Source: Vicugna vicugna (lineage: Eukaryota). Taken from it: DNA of 64,000 nt. A program made the position numbers and the translations under genes. The stretch's first letter is position 1, and every line of letters starts with the position of its first letter. The notes under the pieces are model-generated. The model had not been told where the DNA came from. It searched no databases and was given only the letters and a program-made list of their open reading frames with translations. The stretch is from positions 2,368,419 through 2,432,418 of the forward strand of contig MU058198.1 of the NCBI GenBank assembly GCA_013265495.1, given 5' to 3'. Shown piece after piece: positions 61,235 to 64,000 of this stretch.

Positions 61235-62010
61235 GCGGCCTCATCAGCGCCCCCTGCCGCCGGCTGGGCTGGCGTCCCGCATGAATGGAGCGGCGGAGGG
61301 GGCGGGTCGCGCGCGCCGGGGCGGGGCATTGTGGGTAAAAGGAAGCGCGAGGGCTGGCCCCGCTCCCCCCACGTGTCCGCTGGAGTTTCTCTACCAGCAA
61401 CATGGCCGCTGCCTGAGAGGAGAGCCGGGCCGCCGCCGCCTCTGCAGCCTGCGGGTACCTGGGCCGTTGCCGCCGCCCGCGCTCGGGCCTCGCGGAGAGG
61501 TGAGTGCTGGATTGGCAGCGCCCACCGGGGTGGAGCCTGGCCCCACTCATAAGGTGGGCGCCTGGGCTGGGCTGCAGGGTAGGCCGGGAGGCCCGCGCCG
61601 CACAGTCCCCAAGGGCTGGGGGCCTCCCGAGACTCGGCGGGAAGGACGGGCAGCCTGCCCCAGTAGACCCGGGCCTGCCCTGGGGTCCCGACCCCGACCG
61701 GGCCCGGGAGTCGGGAAGGCCGCGGCCGGGGTTGCCGGCGGTGACTCAGGGTCCAGCCGCCTTGCCCCGCCCGTCCCAGGCGGGCCTCCTACGGGAGCAC
61801 CTGTCCGAAGGCAGCCGGTGTCCTGCCGGCGTGGCGGCTTTTGGCGATGGCTGCGTGGTGGGCGTGAGAAGGGGGCCTGACCACCCGCGAGGGAGGCGAA
61901 AGCCATTGGACAGTGTGGCTCGGGGCCGGCGGCCCGCCCTGATGGGCAGTGGGAGGGTGCCCGGGCCCCCGCCTCGTTGCTCTACCAGATCAGCCTCCGC
62001 CCGGCCAGGT
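61235..62010 (+). promoter_or_regulatory. POLR3E: CpG-island promoter of POLR3E
   Basis: Very GC- and CpG-rich, with GC boxes, E-box CACGTG at 61370-61375 and YY1 motif CAACATGGCCGC at 61398-61409. Gene identity is from known EEF2K / tRNA-Leu / POLR3E synteny. No POLR3E coding exon was found in the window. Confidence 0.85.
61375..61499 (+). other. POLR3E: POLR3E non-coding exon 1 (5' end approximate)
   Basis: Consensus donor GAG|gtgagt at 61499/61500 within the CpG island, downstream of the YY1 motif. Synteny supports the assignment. Confidence 0.75.
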
Positions 62011-62212
62011 CCGGAATTCTTCATTCATTTATTCCGCCACCATTCAGTGTTAATTGGGAGCCAGCTACGTGCCGCAGATACGGCCCTGACCATTTGGTCA
62101 GAGGAGGTGTCAGTAAGCACATAAGCTAAACCAGTAAATAAACAAGGGCCTTCCATTATGATCGCTTTAGAATCGTTGGGCTTGCGGGCAGAAAGAGATC
62201 TTAGCAGTCGCT

Positions 62213-62285
62213 ACAGTTTCTTCATCTGTGAAATGGGGATAATAGAATTTCCTATCTCATAGGATCGTGGTGAGGGCTAAATAGG
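62213..62285 (+). mobile_element. MIR core fragment
   Basis: cagtttcttcatctgtgaaatggggataatag. Confidence 0.75.
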
Positions 62286-62404
62286 GTTAGACGGGAGAAG
62301 CCCCAGTTTGCAGCGTTTGATTGGTGACTGGGTCTCCTACCCTCTTATACTGGAAGAAAACATGTTGCTAAGGAGTAACAAACCTTCCTATGGGTTGCAC
62401 TTAG

Positions 62405-62600
62405 ACTTTATTTAATCCTCACCACAGTTCTTTGGAGGTCGGTACTTTTATTATCCCCACTTTAAGGATGAAAATAGTGCACTGTATCAAGATCAAGCAA
62501 CTCCAGGTGGGCGCTGCGTAGGAAGTAGCAGACCTGGGATTTGAACCTATGTAGTTCTGCTCCGTAGTGCGAGCTCTTACCCACTATACTATACTGCCTT
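62405..62600 (-). mobile_element. MIR SINE (antisense, retains its tRNA-derived head)
   Basis: tttaatcctcac...ttattatccccac...gatttgaacc...ccactatact matches the reverse complement of the MIR consensus. Confidence 0.85.
62471..62598 (-). ncRNA. Pol III-transcribed antisense MIR unit in POLR3E intron 1 (about 125 nt)
   Basis: On the minus strand: A box TAGTATAGTGG (62591-62581), B box GGTTCAAATCC (62547-62537) and T4 (62474-62471). MIR core ttattatccccactttaaggatgaaa is adjacent. Confidence 0.8.
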
Positions 62601-62674
62601 TTATTAAGGGAGCTTGCAGCATATTCGTTAAGAATGAGAATAAGGATCTTTGACACCAACTAGACAAGACTTCT

Positions 62675-62812
62675 GTCCTAGCTCTGCCATTCTCCAGCAC
62701 TGTGACCTTGGGCAAGTTACTCTCTCAAGTTGTTTCCTCACTTCTTAATTGGGGATGATAACTGTTGATTTTTAGGGCTATTGAGCAGATTAAATGAGAA
62801 TGCATGTTAAGT
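62675..62812 (+). mobile_element. MIR fragment
   Basis: ctgtgaccttgggcaagttac...tttcctcac...gattaaatgag. Confidence 0.7.
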
Positions 62813-64000
62813 CCCTACAGAAGGGAGGATCTGACTCTTGAGAGTTAATCCTTCTTGCCCCTAGGCCATCTCTGCCTTTAACTTAGATGAACACTGAGGT
62901 GATCCAGAGAGGTAAAATGCCTTGTCTAGGGGGCACACAGCCAGTAAGAGTACAGACTTTGAGACTGTTTGCCGTGGGGCACTCTCCCCTTACGCCCATT
63001 ATATTTTGTCCTCACCCTCTCTAACTCCCTCCTGTATCTGAAGATTATTTGGAGTTGCCTCTGCTTTCTGACTGGCTGACAGGTTAGGTTCTTGGATGTA
63101 GCAAAGATGCACCTAGCTGTGGCCTTCAGAAACCACCTTAGATTCTCCTGGTTTCCTTGTCCCCTACCCATTTGTTGAACAGCCACCCTTTGGAGGATGT
63201 TTTCTGTGCCCAATGCCATGGAGCCACTGCCACAGAGTACTCTTGTGGTCACAGGACATCCTATAGAGGCCAAAGTAGTCATTGCTGCTGGGGAAGTTTG
63301 GCTAGTGGTGGCTGGGAGGCCTGTACCTGCCTGTAGGCCGCACCCCTCTCCGTTGTCAGGTGTCCAAGAGGCCCAAACTATGAGGCCGGCAGGCTCAGTG
63401 GGTTAAAGTCTGTAACCGCCTGATTTCATGCACTTGTTCGCTCATCTATCCTTTGTATTGAGTGTTTACTTCACGCCAGGCACTGATCTAGCTATTGAGA
63501 AAATAGCATGGATTTTTTTAAAAGGTAATAATCCCCATATCAACTTTACGAAGTAAATATAATCATCTCCATTTTATGGTTGAAGCACTGAGAGGCCCTC
63601 ATGAGGCTTCCATTCCAGTGCAGAAGACAGACAACACATAAGCAGATAGACTAGGTCGGTCCTGATTGTGATAAGAACCACGAAGGAAATAAAACGGCAT
63701 GTGGTAGTGACTGGAAACAGGTTTGGGGCGACCTGTCTACTCCTGGAGGGGGTGAGGGTGTTGATATCCAATGAACAGGAGCCAGCCTTGAAAAGCCCTG
63801 AGGACAACAGATGGTGTGCAGAGGTCCTGAGACAGGCTGGGGCTCAGCTTGTTGGAGGCCCAACAAGATCATACAGGACCTTGGGGCCATGCAGAGGAAT
63901 TTGAGTTTTATTCTATGTGGCAGTGGAAGGATTTTGAGCAAGGAAATGATGTGACTTACTTTTCTGCAAGGACAATTCTGGCTATTTCTGGGAGGACTGG

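Noticed and set aside
61074..62124. Long ORFs of 268, 206 and 144 aa over the tRNA and CpG island
   Set aside because: Low-complexity Gly/Pro/Arg/Ala translations expected from stop-poor GC-rich DNA. They overlap a tRNA gene and a promoter.
62498..62517. CTCF-like ccaggtgggcgctg inside the active MIR
   Set aside because: An extra G breaks the core spacing, so it cannot be supported without a PWM scan or ChIP data.
1..64000. CRISPR arrays, prokaryotic operons, intact transposase or retroviral ORFs
   Set aside because: None seen. This is intron-rich mammalian DNA and all transposon copies are non-coding remnants or solo LTRs.

Overview
Mammalian genomic DNA, most likely a camelid, inferred from about 11 copies of a tRNA-Ala-derived SINE resembling camelid vic-1. 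The + strand carries the complete coding region of EEF2K (eukaryotic elongation factor 2 kinase). It has 17 coding exons (exons 2-18), all GT-AG, and the spliced CDS of 2178 nt gives 725 aa plus stop (7626-48136). The non-coding exon 1 was not found and is presumably upstream of the window. A long 3' UTR and a repeat-rich intergenic region with two intact solo ERV LTRs follow. After these come a tRNA-Leu(AAG) gene (61097-61178) and the CpG-island promoter and non-coding exon 1 of POLR3E, assigned by synteny. In POLR3E intron 1 lies an antisense MIR with intact Pol III A box, B box and terminator, matching the known Pol III 'roadblock' element. The most notable unexplained features are a 147-bp tandem duplication in EEF2K intron 11 with a perfect NF-E2/ARE site and an octamer in each copy, and a 4-codon strong-Kozak uORF overlapping a YY1 motif in the POLR3E leader. 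I found no evidence for a wholly new biological system. Repeat family names and comparisons with human come from memory, not from a search.
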